Positions 9,110 to 18,774 of a DNA stretch of 64,000 nt are shown piece by piece (the first letter of the stretch is position 1; each line of letters starts with the position of its first letter). This DNA comes from a bacterium. Its GTDB lineage: Bacteria; Patescibacteriota; UBA1384; CAILIB01. Where the stretch lies: positions 701,465 to 765,464 of the forward strand of contig JBAXRQ010000001.1 in NCBI GenBank assembly GCA_037131105.1, written 5' to 3'. A program made the translations under genes and the position numbers. The notes beneath the pieces were generated by a model that had not been told where the DNA came from, did not search any database, and saw only the letters and a list, made by a program, of their open reading frames with translations.

Positions 9110-10524
9110 GGCTCCAGCTTACCATACCGCTCCCTAACCGCTGCCGCGAACAAATCACCCCTCTCCTTATAATTCTTAAATGAAGCGAAGCTGGCAGCGG
9201 CAGGAGCCAGCAGCACTACGTCACCCGGCTCGAGATACAAGTTTATCCCACTCAGCAAGGCAGGAAACGAGACCTTTTCAGGCGACTCGAAGATCTGGCA
9301 TTCGGAGCGTTTCTTCTGCTTGCGCAATGCGGCGCTCAGACGCTTGGTAGCGGCACCCGGCAGCAAGGTCACCGACACGCACCGATTCAGTATCTCCCCG
9401 GCCAGCGCCGTATAATCCGCCCCCTTGTCAGAGCCTCCAGCAATCAGATGGATACGCCTGCCAGAGAAAGCCTGCATAGCCACCAGACAGGACTCAGGCA
9501 TAGTAGCTATGCTGTCGTCGTAAAAGTCATACTCACCGTAGTGTCCTATATGAGAAAGGCGATGCTCAAGCCCGGCAAAGTCCACTACTTCCTGCTGGAT
9601 GACACTGACCGGAATACCCTCAAGCCGCGCTACCAAGGCAGCCGGCAGAATATTGTCCAGATTGTGCTCACCTAGAAGCCTACGTCCGGTACTCACGAAC
9701 GAATCAATCTCCTCACCGATCTGAATAAAGACTGTCTCGGCCCCATCCTGAATATCTACCCAGGCCGACTGCCTGGCGGGATAAAACCGATTATAAGCAA
9801 AGAGCCTCCCCTTGCAAAGTGGCAGGTAACGCTTCATGGCAGGATCCTGCACGTTGATCACAGCCACGTCATTCTTACCTTGGAATCTGAGTAGCGAGGA
9901 CTTGGCATCCTGGTATTCAGCCAGGCTCTTGTGGTGGTCAAGGTGGTCTGAGCCCACGGTAAGGAGTATGGCTGTCTGAGGGCTCTTCTCGAGGTCCTGC
10001 AGTTGGAAGCTAGAAAGCTCAAGTATCACCCGGTCCGACGGCTGTAGATCATCGAGAAAGGAAAAAGGATCGACACCGATATTGCCTGCCAAATAAGATG
10101 CGCCACCCTTGTAGCCAGCGCTCAGAATCTTATGAAGCAGCGTGCAGGTCGTGCCCTTCCCCTTAGTCCCACTAACTCCGATAATGGGGCAGGGGCACAG
10201 ATCAAAGAAGAGCCGGGTCTGAGAGTAAACCACCACTCCTTTTTTAGATGCCTTCACCAGGGCAGGCGAATGTACGGGAATCGACGGACTACGAAACACT
10301 ACCTGGTACCGGTCAAGGCCATCCAAGATGTTCTTGCCGATCTTCCAAGTAACGTGCTCTTTGATCTTCGGAAAGGCCTTTTCAAAATCGATCTGACGAC
10401 TGGCGTCACGCTCGCATACTTCAAGGCGCACCCCGTGCTGGGCCAGATACCTGACAAGTTCCCAGTTGTTGACACCGAGGCCAAGTATCGCCACCCGCTT
10501 TTCCTGCAGCTCGCCGATGGTCAT
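9106..10524 (-). CDS. murD: UDP-N-acetylmuramoylalanine--D-glutamate ligase MurD
   Basis: Mur ligase with GVSGTKGKGTT and an N-terminus KRVAILGLGVNNWEL. The start is trimmed to MTIGEL, an ATGA overlap with the mraY stop. Confidence 0.8.
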   Translation of the reverse strand: MTIGELQEKRVAILGLGVNNWELVRYLAQHGVRLEVCERDASRQIDFEKAFPKIKEHVTWKIGKNILDGLDRYQVVFRSPSIPVHSPALVKASKKGVVVYSQTRLFFDLCPCPIIGVSGTKGKGTTCTLLHKILSAGYKGGASYLAGNIGVDPFSFLDDLQPSDRVILELSSFQLQDLEKSPQTAILLTVGSDHLDHHKSLAEYQDAKSSLLRFQGKNDVAVINVQDPAMKRYLPLCKGRLFAYNRFYPARQSAWVDIQDGAETVFIQIGEEIDSFVSTGRRLLGEHNLDNILPAALVARLEGIPVSVIQQEVVDFAGLEHRLSHIGHYGEYDFYDDSIATMPESCLVAMQAFSGRRIHLIAGGSDKGADYTALAGEILNRCVSVTLLPGAATKRLSAALRKQKKRSECQIFESPEKVSFPALLSGINLYLEPGDVVLLAPAAASFASFKNYKERGDLFAAAVRERYGKLEP

Positions 10525-11567
10525 AGGGCGCGTCCTACTAACGTAACGAAGAGTCCCACTGTGGCACCGACAGCGGCAATCACCCAAAACCGCATGGTGA
10601 CCTTGCTCTCAGGCCATCCCAGGGCCTCAAAATGATGGTGGAGCGGCGCTACTAGAAACACCTTCCTGCCGAATCCCTTTTTAGACACTATCTGAATAAC
10701 CGTGGAAATTCCCTCCAGGAAGGGTATCAGAAGGATGAGAGGTAGCACGATGACACTATTGGTAAGAAAGGCCAGGACGGGAAGCACCATCCCCAGAGCC
10801 ATGCTGCCGGTATCCCCCATGAAGAAGCGGGCCGGATAGATGTTGAACCAGAGAAAGGCTAGCAGGGAGCCCATGAGAGTAGCGGTGAAGATGGCAAGGT
10901 GGGTCTTGCCCTGGACCAGACAGATGATTGTGAAGACAAAGCAGGCCACCATACTCACTCCTCCAGCCAGGCCGTCCAGCCCGTCAGTCTGATTGACGCT
11001 AAAAGCCGAGAATATCACCGTAACCAGGAAGAGCGGCACATACCACGAGCCGATGACGACCTGGTCACCAATGCCGGGAACATACATCGAGTTGAAACCC
11101 AGCTTCTCATAGAACCACCAGGCACCGATAGCGGCTACCAGGGTGAAAATCCAGAACTTATGCTTCAGCCTGATCCCTCCACCGTTATTCCCTTTTCCCG
11201 CCACGTTCATTAGGTCATCAACCAGCCCGATCACACCGGCGGCCACCAAGGTGAACAACGGCAGCCAGGTCTGTGAACGATCAAGGTTAAAAACAATGGT
11301 AAGAATGGCGGTCGTCACCCAGAAGAGCAGCCCGCCCATGGCAGGTGTCCCTTCCTTGCCGGCATGCAGCTTGGCAAATATGGGAGTAGCCTTTCCATCG
11401 ACACCATGCTCACGCAGACGTTTACCCATACGATTCTTATAGAGAAAACCGGTAAGGGCCGGAGCCAGAAGAAAGGCTATCAAGAAAGAAATAGCGATAA
11501 AGAACGATACCTGCTTCAGATCATTCACAGAAATGGTAAAGGCGGTGTTCATGGGTGGTGTCTCCAA
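10521..11567 (-). CDS. mraY: Phospho-N-acetylmuramoyl-pentapeptide transferase MraY
   Basis: 348 aa polytopic membrane protein with MraY-like D-rich loops (NQTDGLDGLAGG, FMGDTGS). Confidence 0.85.
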   Translation of the reverse strand: METPPMNTAFTISVNDLKQVSFFIAISFLIAFLLAPALTGFLYKNRMGKRLREHGVDGKATPIFAKLHAGKEGTPAMGGLLFWVTTAILTIVFNLDRSQTWLPLFTLVAAGVIGLVDDLMNVAGKGNNGGGIRLKHKFWIFTLVAAIGAWWFYEKLGFNSMYVPGIGDQVVIGSWYVPLFLVTVIFSAFSVNQTDGLDGLAGGVSMVACFVFTIICLVQGKTHLAIFTATLMGSLLAFLWFNIYPARFFMGDTGSMALGMVLPVLAFLTNSVIVLPLILLIPFLEGISTVIQIVSKKGFGRKVFLVAPLHHHFEALGWPESKVTMRFWVIAAVGATVGLFVTLVGRAL

Positions 11568-12871
11568 AAAGCTGATTGGCGGGCTAATAACTGTTCGGCG
11601 TGCTCGGGGTGGGCCATCAGTGCCTTCACCGCTCGCTCCAGGCGCACCTTGTTCTGGGAACCCTTGATATAGACCAGGTCGCCTTTATTGACTATCTGGT
11701 CAATCTTGTCGAGCAACTGCTCAGGAGTCTGGAAGGCTAGGACCTGATGGGAAGGCATACCCGCTTCCTCGGCCGCGCGCACCATCGGAGTAGATTGGGG
11801 ACCAACTGCCACCAGATAGTCCACCTTTCCGGCGGCGTGCCTGGCTACTTCGATATGAGATGACTCGGTCAACTCCCCCAGCTCGTTCATATTTCCCAAG
11901 ATAGCTACTACCCGTCGTTTCCTGGCAAACGGCCGCAGCATCTCCAGGCCAGCTTTGGCACTTTCAGGTGACGAATTATAGCTGTCATCAATAATTTCCA
12001 CGTCCCTGCGACCAGGTATCAGGCGACCTCGTCCCGGCGGGACCTGGTAGCCCTGCAAGGCGGTGCGAATAGCGTCAAACGGTATGCCCTGCTGGAATCC
12101 GACGGCGGCGGCAGCCACCAGACAATCTACTTGGTGACGACCTATGAGAGAACTCTCCACCTGGATGGTCTGCATCTGCTGTCGGGCAATCGAATCCATC
12201 TTCTTGGCAATGACAAAGTCTATCTGCACTATCCAGCCCTTCTCGCCTAGTCTCAGGGAATGCCCCCAGATGCCAGGCTGCTTCAGTGCCGACTCTCTCA
12301 CCCCATACCACAGTACATTGGAGAGTTCCTTTCCCTTTGCCACCTGAATAGGGTCATCTGCATTCAAAACGGCCTGCCCCTCGGACTTGAGGCCGGCCAC
12401 CAATGAGAACTTTTCAGCAGCAAGGTCTTCTAGTGAAGCATAGGACTGCATATGGACGGGAACGACGCGGGTAAGTACCGCTACATTCGGCGCCAGTTTG
12501 GAGGCAAGATAGGCAATGTCGCCAGGCTTGTCGGCTGAGTATTCCAGGACATAATAGGCTCCCTTATGTACTCTCAAGCGTGGGGGCATCAGCAGTACCC
12601 GGGCCAGAACCTTGAGCCAGCCAGCCGATGTGGCCGGCGACTGGTCAAAACCACACAGTGACAAAGGAACTCCTATGTCGCTGTTCAGGCCGCCGACAGT
12701 CTTAACCACCTGACGCTTTCCCTTTTCAAGTACCAGGGCAATCGCATCCTTAGTAGAAGTCTTACCAACGCTTCCTGTAACCGCGATCACGACGGGCCGC
12801 TCTCTGAGTACCCGAAGCCCCACTCGTTTCCAGAGCAGGCCGATCACCAGGTTCTTAAGCAGCTGTTTCAT
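11549..12871 (-). CDS. murF: UDP-MurNAc-tripeptide--D-Ala-D-Ala ligase MurF
   Basis: 440 aa with VIAVTGSVGKTSTKD and GGLNSDIGVPLSL, which matches the MurF GNxNNxIGxPLTLL motif rather than MurE. Confidence 0.8.
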   Translation of the reverse strand: MKQLLKNLVIGLLWKRVGLRVLRERPVVIAVTGSVGKTSTKDAIALVLEKGKRQVVKTVGGLNSDIGVPLSLCGFDQSPATSAGWLKVLARVLLMPPRLRVHKGAYYVLEYSADKPGDIAYLASKLAPNVAVLTRVVPVHMQSYASLEDLAAEKFSLVAGLKSEGQAVLNADDPIQVAKGKELSNVLWYGVRESALKQPGIWGHSLRLGEKGWIVQIDFVIAKKMDSIARQQMQTIQVESSLIGRHQVDCLVAAAAVGFQQGIPFDAIRTALQGYQVPPGRGRLIPGRRDVEIIDDSYNSSPESAKAGLEMLRPFARKRRVVAILGNMNELGELTESSHIEVARHAAGKVDYLVAVGPQSTPMVRAAEEAGMPSHQVLAFQTPEQLLDKIDQIVNKGDLVYIKGSQNKVRLERAVKALMAHPEHAEQLLARQSAFWRHHP

Positions 12872-12883
12872 GGGCGGAACGGA

Positions 12884-14671
12884 TTAACGATTGGTGGGCG
12901 GAATCTGATAGTAGTTTAACAGAAAGGTGGAGAGGCGGCCAAAAAGCGGCACGGCGGTACCTTCCGCATAGAGGCCTACTTTCTTGATATCCGGATGATC
13001 AAGTTTCACTAGCATGACGTACCGAGGATTGTCGCTGGGACCAATACCTACGAAGGAGTGGTTATAGGCATCAGGAAGGTAGCCTCCATTCACCGGATCC
13101 GGAATCTGGGCAGTACCCGTCTTGCCCCCGATCTTATACCCTGGTGTGCCGGCCCGGTTATGAGCGTGTTCGACAGTTGCCACCATCATGTCCTTCAGCT
13201 GGTCAGCGGTCTGTGACTTGATAACCTGGGCGCCTTCTACCGTAGCGATAGGTTGCTTGGTACCGTCAGGGTTGATGATAGCGTGGACCATGCGAGGCTG
13301 AACCAGGCGGCCACCGTTGGCAATAGCCCCGAAGGCAGATACCATCTGGATAGGCGTGACGGCGACACCCTGACCAAAAGAAGTGGTCGAACGGCTGATA
13401 TCGCTCCATTTGCTCACGCCAGGAAGATTCCCATCAATCTCATTCTTAAGATCAATCCCGGTGGATTGGCCCAGTCCAAATTTCTGCAGGTAATTGTACA
13501 TGTTCTGATTACCTAGCTTGTCAGCCACCCAGACCATGGCCACATTGTCTGAGTTTTCCAGTACCTGGGTCATGGTCTCTACTCCATAGGCCTTTCGCAA
13601 GGCTGTCTCGATCTTATACCCGTCCACCGTGACCGACTCAGGAAAATCATTCTTGGTATCAGGTGTTACCAAACCCATATCCATGGCTGCTGCCATTACC
13701 AGGGGCTTAAAGATACTTCCCGGCTCCCAGAGATTGCTGATGGCGGGATTATCGAAGACGCCGATATCCGACTGCTTCACCTCACGGAAGGCGGCCGGGT
13801 CATACGAAGGATTGCTGGCCATGGCCATGATCTCCCCAGTCTTTGGGTCCATCACAATAACGGTCCCCCCAGTCGAGCCACTGTCCTTGATTTCCTGGGC
13901 GAGCTGCTGCTCAGCCTCTGACTGGACATTTCTGTCGATTGACAGCTCATAATTGGTACCATCCTCCCCCTGTACGGTAGTCTGCTGATCCAGCGAGGTA
14001 CCGGTACTATCCTGTTCGACGGCAATCTTTCCGGAGTAGCCTTTCAGGGCCGTATCATATTCACCTTCCAAACCGTACTGACCCTTGCCCTGGTCATTGA
14101 CGAAGCCAAGCAGCTGGGCTGCCAACGGTCCCTCGGGATATACCCGCTCATATTCCCTGACAAAATAAACGCCCCCTACAAAGATGAGGATGTTTCCCTG
14201 GGAGGAATCAAAATCAACCTTCTCATCGACCCAGCGCGGGTCGGCGGCACGCTCCAGCTGGTTAATCTGGTCGGCCAAATGAGTCATATCGCTTTGGTTG
14301 AGACCGTGCTGAAGCGGAGGCGTATACTCGCCACCTGCCTTCATGATCTTCAGCAGGCTAACCTCATCAGTGCCAGTGACGCCAGCCAGCATATGGGCGT
14401 ACTCAGCCTTCTTAGTTACTTCTTTTGGTGTAACCGAGACAGAATAGCGCTGGACACTCTGAGCCACTACCACGTCCTTACCGCTGGCTGCATTCTGAAA
14501 ATATACATCGCCCCGGCGGGGCAACACGTCGCGCTGCACTATCTGCTGCTTCTGGGCTTTAGCAAGGAAGCTATCGTGCTGGAGTATGGAAATCGAAAAG
14601 AGACGGGCTATGAGTCCGCTGGCGATCACTAAACACACGAGGACAAGTCCCCCGATCCGTCTATCTTGCAT
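12884..14671 (-). CDS. ftsI: Penicillin-binding protein 2 / FtsI-type transpeptidase
   Basis: 595 aa with an N-terminal transmembrane helix and the transpeptidase motifs SIFK (SxxK), SDN and KTGT. Confidence 0.8.
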   Translation of the reverse strand: MQDRRIGGLVLVCLVIASGLIARLFSISILQHDSFLAKAQKQQIVQRDVLPRRGDVYFQNAASGKDVVVAQSVQRYSVSVTPKEVTKKAEYAHMLAGVTGTDEVSLLKIMKAGGEYTPPLQHGLNQSDMTHLADQINQLERAADPRWVDEKVDFDSSQGNILIFVGGVYFVREYERVYPEGPLAAQLLGFVNDQGKGQYGLEGEYDTALKGYSGKIAVEQDSTGTSLDQQTTVQGEDGTNYELSIDRNVQSEAEQQLAQEIKDSGSTGGTVIVMDPKTGEIMAMASNPSYDPAAFREVKQSDIGVFDNPAISNLWEPGSIFKPLVMAAAMDMGLVTPDTKNDFPESVTVDGYKIETALRKAYGVETMTQVLENSDNVAMVWVADKLGNQNMYNYLQKFGLGQSTGIDLKNEIDGNLPGVSKWSDISRSTTSFGQGVAVTPIQMVSAFGAIANGGRLVQPRMVHAIINPDGTKQPIATVEGAQVIKSQTADQLKDMMVATVEHAHNRAGTPGYKIGGKTGTAQIPDPVNGGYLPDAYNHSFVGIGPSDNPRYVMLVKLDHPDIKKVGLYAEGTAVPLFGRLSTFLLNYYQIPPTNR

Positions 14672-14691
14672 GGGGAAGCTGCTTGTTAGGC

Positions 14692-15078
14692 TTAGGGCTT
14701 CTCGGTGGAAACTCCGGCCACCGTGCCCTTTTCAACGTAATCAACCTGGGTAGTCGGGGTCATCTGGTCCTTGATAGGACTCTGCTGAACCGTCTGCAGG
14801 CTCTGGGCCCGCTTGGCCTCCAGCTGCAGCTGCTCGATATCCTGCTGTGACTGGCTAATCTGGGTCCGCACCGCCGTCTGCTTGTAGGCGCTGGTGGCAT
14901 TGGTGCTGGACTGGGTAAGCATCACGACTGCAAGGATAGCCAGAACGGCCAGACCAAGAAACTTGGCGGTGGTCGGACCGAACTTCACCCGACGCTGCAC
15001 GGTACGAACTGCCTGGCGTCTGGCCGGAGCCCTACGTGTAACAGTATAGCCTGATTTGTGGGAATATCTGGCAGCCAT
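14692..15078 (-). CDS. FtsL/DivIC-like small bitopic division protein
   Basis: 128 aa: a basic N-terminus, one transmembrane helix, then a coiled-coil-like QQDIEQLQLEAKRAQSLQ segment. It sits between mraZ and ftsI. Confidence 0.4.
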   Translation of the reverse strand: MAARYSHKSGYTVTRRAPARRQAVRTVQRRVKFGPTTAKFLGLAVLAILAVVMLTQSSTNATSAYKQTAVRTQISQSQQDIEQLQLEAKRAQSLQTVQQSPIKDQMTPTTQVDYVEKGTVAGVSTEKP

Positions 15079-15101
15079 TGGCTGATCTTCCTTATTCTTG
15101 C

Positions 15102-15533
15102 TTAGATCCCCATTTCCTTCAAGGTCTGACTGGATGAATCGCTGTTAGCATCCACTCCTTCCAGATAGCGTGACCACTGGCTTTCATCCCATAGTTCTAG
15201 ATGGTCATGCAATCCTGCCAGTACCGTCTGCTTGCGCAGGCTGGCAAAGGTCCTCAGGTATGCGGGGATAATAACCCTGCCCAATTTGTCGAGTTCCACG
15301 TCTACCGCACCCGCTAGGGTCTGGCGAACGTAGGCCCGCGCTTCTGGCTGGCTCTGAGGAAGGGCGGCTAACTTGGCGGCGATCTCAGCCCAGGCGGCGC
15401 TCGGGTAACACTTGAGCGAACCGTCAAAGCCCTTAGTGATCACTGCGCCGTCAGCCAACTTGGAACGCCATTTGACCGGCACCTGCAAGCGTCCTTTGTC
15501 ATCGATGCTATGCCGGTACTCCCCAATAAACAT
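15102..15533 (-). CDS. mraZ: Transcriptional regulator MraZ
   Basis: 143 aa starting MFIGEYRHSIDDKGRLQVPVKWR, with the duplicated SpoVT/AbrB-like fold. It is the first gene of the dcw cluster. Confidence 0.8.
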   Translation of the reverse strand: MFIGEYRHSIDDKGRLQVPVKWRSKLADGAVITKGFDGSLKCYPSAAWAEIAAKLAALPQSQPEARAYVRQTLAGAVDVELDKLGRVIIPAYLRTFASLRKQTVLAGLHDHLELWDESQWSRYLEGVDANSDSSSQTLKEMGI

Positions 15534-15566
15534 CGTGTCGTCGGTTACTGGTTATTAGCCAAATGG

Positions 15567-15597
15567 CGTTCCCCCACTTTGCCCCACTTCGTACCAC
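15567..15597 (-). promoter_or_regulatory. Candidate MraZ operator: three direct AAGTGG(G) repeats at 10-nt periodicity upstream of mraZ
   Basis: On the minus strand the sequence reads AAGTGGtacgAAGTGGGGcaAAGTGGGGG, 35-65 nt upstream of the mraZ ATG. Direct GTGGG-type repeats are the known MraZ-box architecture. Confidence 0.4.
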
Positions 15598-15810
15598 TTG
15601 GAATCATTATGGAACGGCTGGGGTAGGCCTGTCAACCACTCAGAGTCTATCCGTACTCTTTTTTACGTGCGAACCTGGAATTTTTTCCAGCTGAAAGCCT
15701 GAGGCAGGAGGAGGCGTATCGGATATACGCCGACATCTGCCAAAGAGCTTGCAGGCGGAAGAAGGACAGGTGCAGCAAAGAACACAGAGTGCGGACAGAC
15801 TCTCATGCCG

Positions 15811-15842
15811 AACACGAAAAAGGACTCACACATGTGAGCCCC
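15811..15842. terminator. Bidirectional hairpin terminator downstream of glyQS
   Basis: AAAAAGGACTCACAcatgTGTGAGCCCCTTTTTG: a 9-bp stem with A and T runs on both sides. Confidence 0.5.
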
Positions 15843-15858
15843 TTTTTGTCCGTAGACC

Positions 15859-17298
15859 CTAGAAAATAAGGGTCTTCTCCAGATCCTCAATCTTCACCCG
15901 ATTCTGCTCCATGCTGTCTCGATCGCGCACCGTTACTGTCCCATCTTCCAAGGTCTGGTAGTCCACGGTCACACAGTACGGAGTACCGATCTCATCCTGA
16001 CGGCGGTAGCGGCGGCCGATGGCGCCAGACTCGTCATATTGGGAGGCTAAGGTCTGCTTGAGCTGCTCATGGATCTCTCTCGCCTTCTCACCCATGCCGT
16101 CCTTCTTCATCAAAGGAAGCACGGCCACTTTGACCGGGGCTATCTTCTTAGAGATATGCAGCACCGTCTCCATCTCGCCACTCTTGCCGTCACGGCCCTG
16201 GGGGTACTCCTTATAGGCATCCACCAAGATGGTCAGCATCAGGCGGCCCAGACCCACCGAAGGCTCGATGACATACGGAATATAGCGCTCGCGGGTTTCT
16301 TCGTCAAAATAGGTCATGTCCTTGCCGGAATGCTCCTGGTGCTGCTTCAGGTCATAGTCAGTCCGGTTAGCGCAACCCCAGAGCTCCGCAAAGCCACCGA
16401 AGGGATAGTTGTACTCGATATCTACTGTCCGAGACGAATAGTGCGAAAGCGACTCCTTGGGGTGCTCCAGACGGTGCAGGTTCTCCTTGGCAATGCCGAT
16501 GTCATTCCAAAGGAAGGCCTCGATGGCATCCAGCCAGGCGTCATGAGCGGCAGCATCCTCTCCCGGCTTCACAAAGTACTCGATCTCAGCCTGCTCGAAT
16601 TCACGAACGCGGAACAGTGAGTTTCCGATGGTGATCTCGTTTCGGAAGGCTTTACCAATCTGGCCAATACCAAACGGCACCTTGCGGCGGCTGGTATCCA
16701 GTACGTTCTTAAAGTTGACGAAGATGCCCTGGCAGGTCTCGGGACGCAGGTAAGCAACTGAGCCCTCATTGACCACGGCACCCATATTGGTCTGGAACAT
16801 CATGTTGAACTGGCGAGGCTCGCCGTACTTCTGTTCACCGCAATTAGGGCAGACCAAAGGCGCCTTCTCTTCAAAAAGCTTGATAGCGGCTTGATTGGCT
16901 TCCTCAGTGGCCTTCTTCTCACCGATGCCGCGGTTCTTCATAGCCTCGTCGCGCCACCTGATGATCCACATGTCGCGATTCGGCTCATCCATATAATGGT
17001 CGGCGCGCAGGCGGATATGGCAGTTGCCACACTCGATCAAGGGATCTGAGAAGCTGTCCACGTGGCCCGAGGCCTTCAGGACCGCATATGGCGTCAGGAT
17101 GGCTGAATCCAGACCCACCATGTCGTCACGCTGGCGGATGAAGCGCTGCCACCAGAGCTGCTTGATATTGTTATTCAGCTCAACCCCCAGCGGCCCCAGG
17201 TCAAGGATACCGCCAGCACCGCCGTAGATCTCGGCGGACTGGAAAAGGAAGCCGCGGCGCTTCATCAGGTTGACTATGGGGTCGAGAGATTCGAGCAT
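15859..17298 (-). CDS. glyQS: Glycine--tRNA ligase, alpha2-type (GlyQS)
   Basis: 479 aa with N-terminus MKRRGFLFQSAEIYGGAGGILDLGPLGVELNNNIKQ and class II aaRS motifs. Confidence 0.85.
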   Translation of the reverse strand: MLESLDPIVNLMKRRGFLFQSAEIYGGAGGILDLGPLGVELNNNIKQLWWQRFIRQRDDMVGLDSAILTPYAVLKASGHVDSFSDPLIECGNCHIRLRADHYMDEPNRDMWIIRWRDEAMKNRGIGEKKATEEANQAAIKLFEEKAPLVCPNCGEQKYGEPRQFNMMFQTNMGAVVNEGSVAYLRPETCQGIFVNFKNVLDTSRRKVPFGIGQIGKAFRNEITIGNSLFRVREFEQAEIEYFVKPGEDAAAHDAWLDAIEAFLWNDIGIAKENLHRLEHPKESLSHYSSRTVDIEYNYPFGGFAELWGCANRTDYDLKQHQEHSGKDMTYFDEETRERYIPYVIEPSVGLGRLMLTILVDAYKEYPQGRDGKSGEMETVLHISKKIAPVKVAVLPLMKKDGMGEKAREIHEQLKQTLASQYDESGAIGRRYRRQDEIGTPYCVTVDYQTLEDGTVTVRDRDSMEQNRVKIEDLEKTLIF

Positions 17299-17432
17299 TG
17301 AAGTGTATTAAGAAGATTTACAGGTATAGTGTAGCAGAAGGTGTAAGAATCTGACATAGCCCAACAGAGAGGACAGATTGCATCTCCCCACATGCTGATA
17401 TATGCTTAAGATAAGTCTTTACAAGAAATCAG

Positions 17433-18050
17433 ATGAGTATCCGACCACTAGCCAACCGCCGACTCTGGCTTATAGGCACAGTGACAGTAGTCATTATTGC
17501 CCTGCTCAGCAGTAGTATATTCATGTATCGCAAAAACCACGGTTCGGCAGTCAGCGTTACCGGTGCCGACCTCACTACCCTCACCACTGCCCCACCCTTT
17601 GTACTTAAAAAGTGCCCCGACCTAACTACAGTCGGCCCCATTACTCTTCGCAATCTTTTTTCCGGAGATACGCTCCCACAGACCTCACGGACCATCCTCA
17701 TAGGACTGCCTACCAGCGCCGCCTCACCTGCTCCCGGCAGTGACTGCACAGACCGTGACCCAGACCTGACTTATTTTTACACCAAGGTCGGAGGGACCAC
17801 TGAGACGCTTATCAGTGCGGCCGGATTCGACACCAACAGTCTCCCCGGGAGAACCACTGTCTCAGCCGACTGGGACATCGCCTCACTTGCTCTAGGCGCC
17901 TACAAGATAACTGCCCGTAACGCGGCAGGCACGGTACTGCTTCCACCCGTGACGGTCAACATCATCGACCCAAGCCCGACCGATCTTAATCTTCTCTGTT
18001 TCTCAGCAAGCTGTGACGCACCACCCTATGACCCCATTACCAATGACTAA
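17433..18050 (+). CDS. Hypothetical membrane-anchored secreted protein
   Basis: 205 aa ORF with an N-terminal transmembrane anchor (LWLIGTVTVVIIALLSSSIF). No recognisable domain. Confidence 0.4.
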   Translation: MSIRPLANRRLWLIGTVTVVIIALLSSSIFMYRKNHGSAVSVTGADLTTLTTAPPFVLKKCPDLTTVGPITLRNLFSGDTLPQTSRTILIGLPTSAASPAPGSDCTDRDPDLTYFYTKVGGTTETLISAAGFDTNSLPGRTTVSADWDIASLALGAYKITARNAAGTVLLPPVTVNIIDPSPTDLNLLCFSASCDAPPYDPITND

Positions 18051-18729
18051 GTCTCGACCCACTTCCTCACTCTGGCTGCGCGTCATGGCAACGATATTGT
18101 GCCTAGGCGCCAGCCTCTCTCAGCTACCGGCTCCCCTCCAAGCCCGCCAAAGGCCAAAGCTGCGCGCAGACTATCACATCACTCTCCATACCGCCATGCA
18201 GACCCACCATCTGTGCAATCGTTTCGCCATTGACGCCGTCCTTACCTATATCCGCTCAGGTCACAATGCTAATCCTTCCTGCAGCCCGCCCCTGCTCAAC
18301 TTTGCCGATGCACCAGCCAAGTTCAACTCGGTTGATCCTGACAGCATCGCCGGCAGAGGCAACTGGAGACTCATAACCGACTTTGACACCCATGACCCGA
18401 GCGACCTCCGCCAGAAAATCACGGCCTCAATCAAAATGCTCCGCCCGGTAATTCTCGCCAACGGCTACTTGAAACATGCAGGCGACTTAACCAAATATCC
18501 TGGTCATTGCTATATAATCAAAGGCTTTCAAATCACCGAGAACGGCACATTCAGGATGTACCTGCAGGACGGCCACAATAGAGCCAACCGCGACTTCACC
18601 ACAAATAGCGATGGCACCAACCCGACCATCCAGCAGTTGCAAGCCATGGGGAAGAACCATAACGTAGTACTTCCCGGCACCGACAACAGCCAGGGGCATG
18701 CGGTAATGCTGTACTTCGAGCCTTCTTAA
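18043..18729 (+). CDS. Hypothetical secreted protein, possibly a Peptidase_C39-like (papain-fold) domain
   Basis: Signal-peptide-like start MTKSRPTSSLWLRVMATILCLGASLS. QTHHLC...GHCYIIKGF resembles the Q/C...H pattern of C39-like peptidases. This is a weak call. Confidence 0.35.
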   Translation: MTKSRPTSSLWLRVMATILCLGASLSQLPAPLQARQRPKLRADYHITLHTAMQTHHLCNRFAIDAVLTYIRSGHNANPSCSPPLLNFADAPAKFNSVDPDSIAGRGNWRLITDFDTHDPSDLRQKITASIKMLRPVILANGYLKHAGDLTKYPGHCYIIKGFQITENGTFRMYLQDGHNRANRDFTTNSDGTNPTIQQLQAMGKNHNVVLPGTDNSQGHAVMLYFEPS

Positions 18730-18733
18730 CGCT

Positions 18734-18763
18734 AAAAGGCTGCCGATTGCTCGGCAGCCTTTT
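18734..18763. terminator. Bidirectional rho-independent terminator
   Basis: AAAAGGCTGCCGAttgcTCGGCAGCCTTTT: a perfect 11-bp stem flanked by A and T runs, lying between convergent genes. Confidence 0.6.
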
Positions 18764-18774
18764 AAACAGTCTCG

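Noticed and set aside
17299-17432. Possible T-box leader upstream of glyQS
   Set aside because: No T-box consensus (AATTAGGGTGGNACCGCG) or specifier/antiterminator architecture is visible in the 134-bp upstream region.
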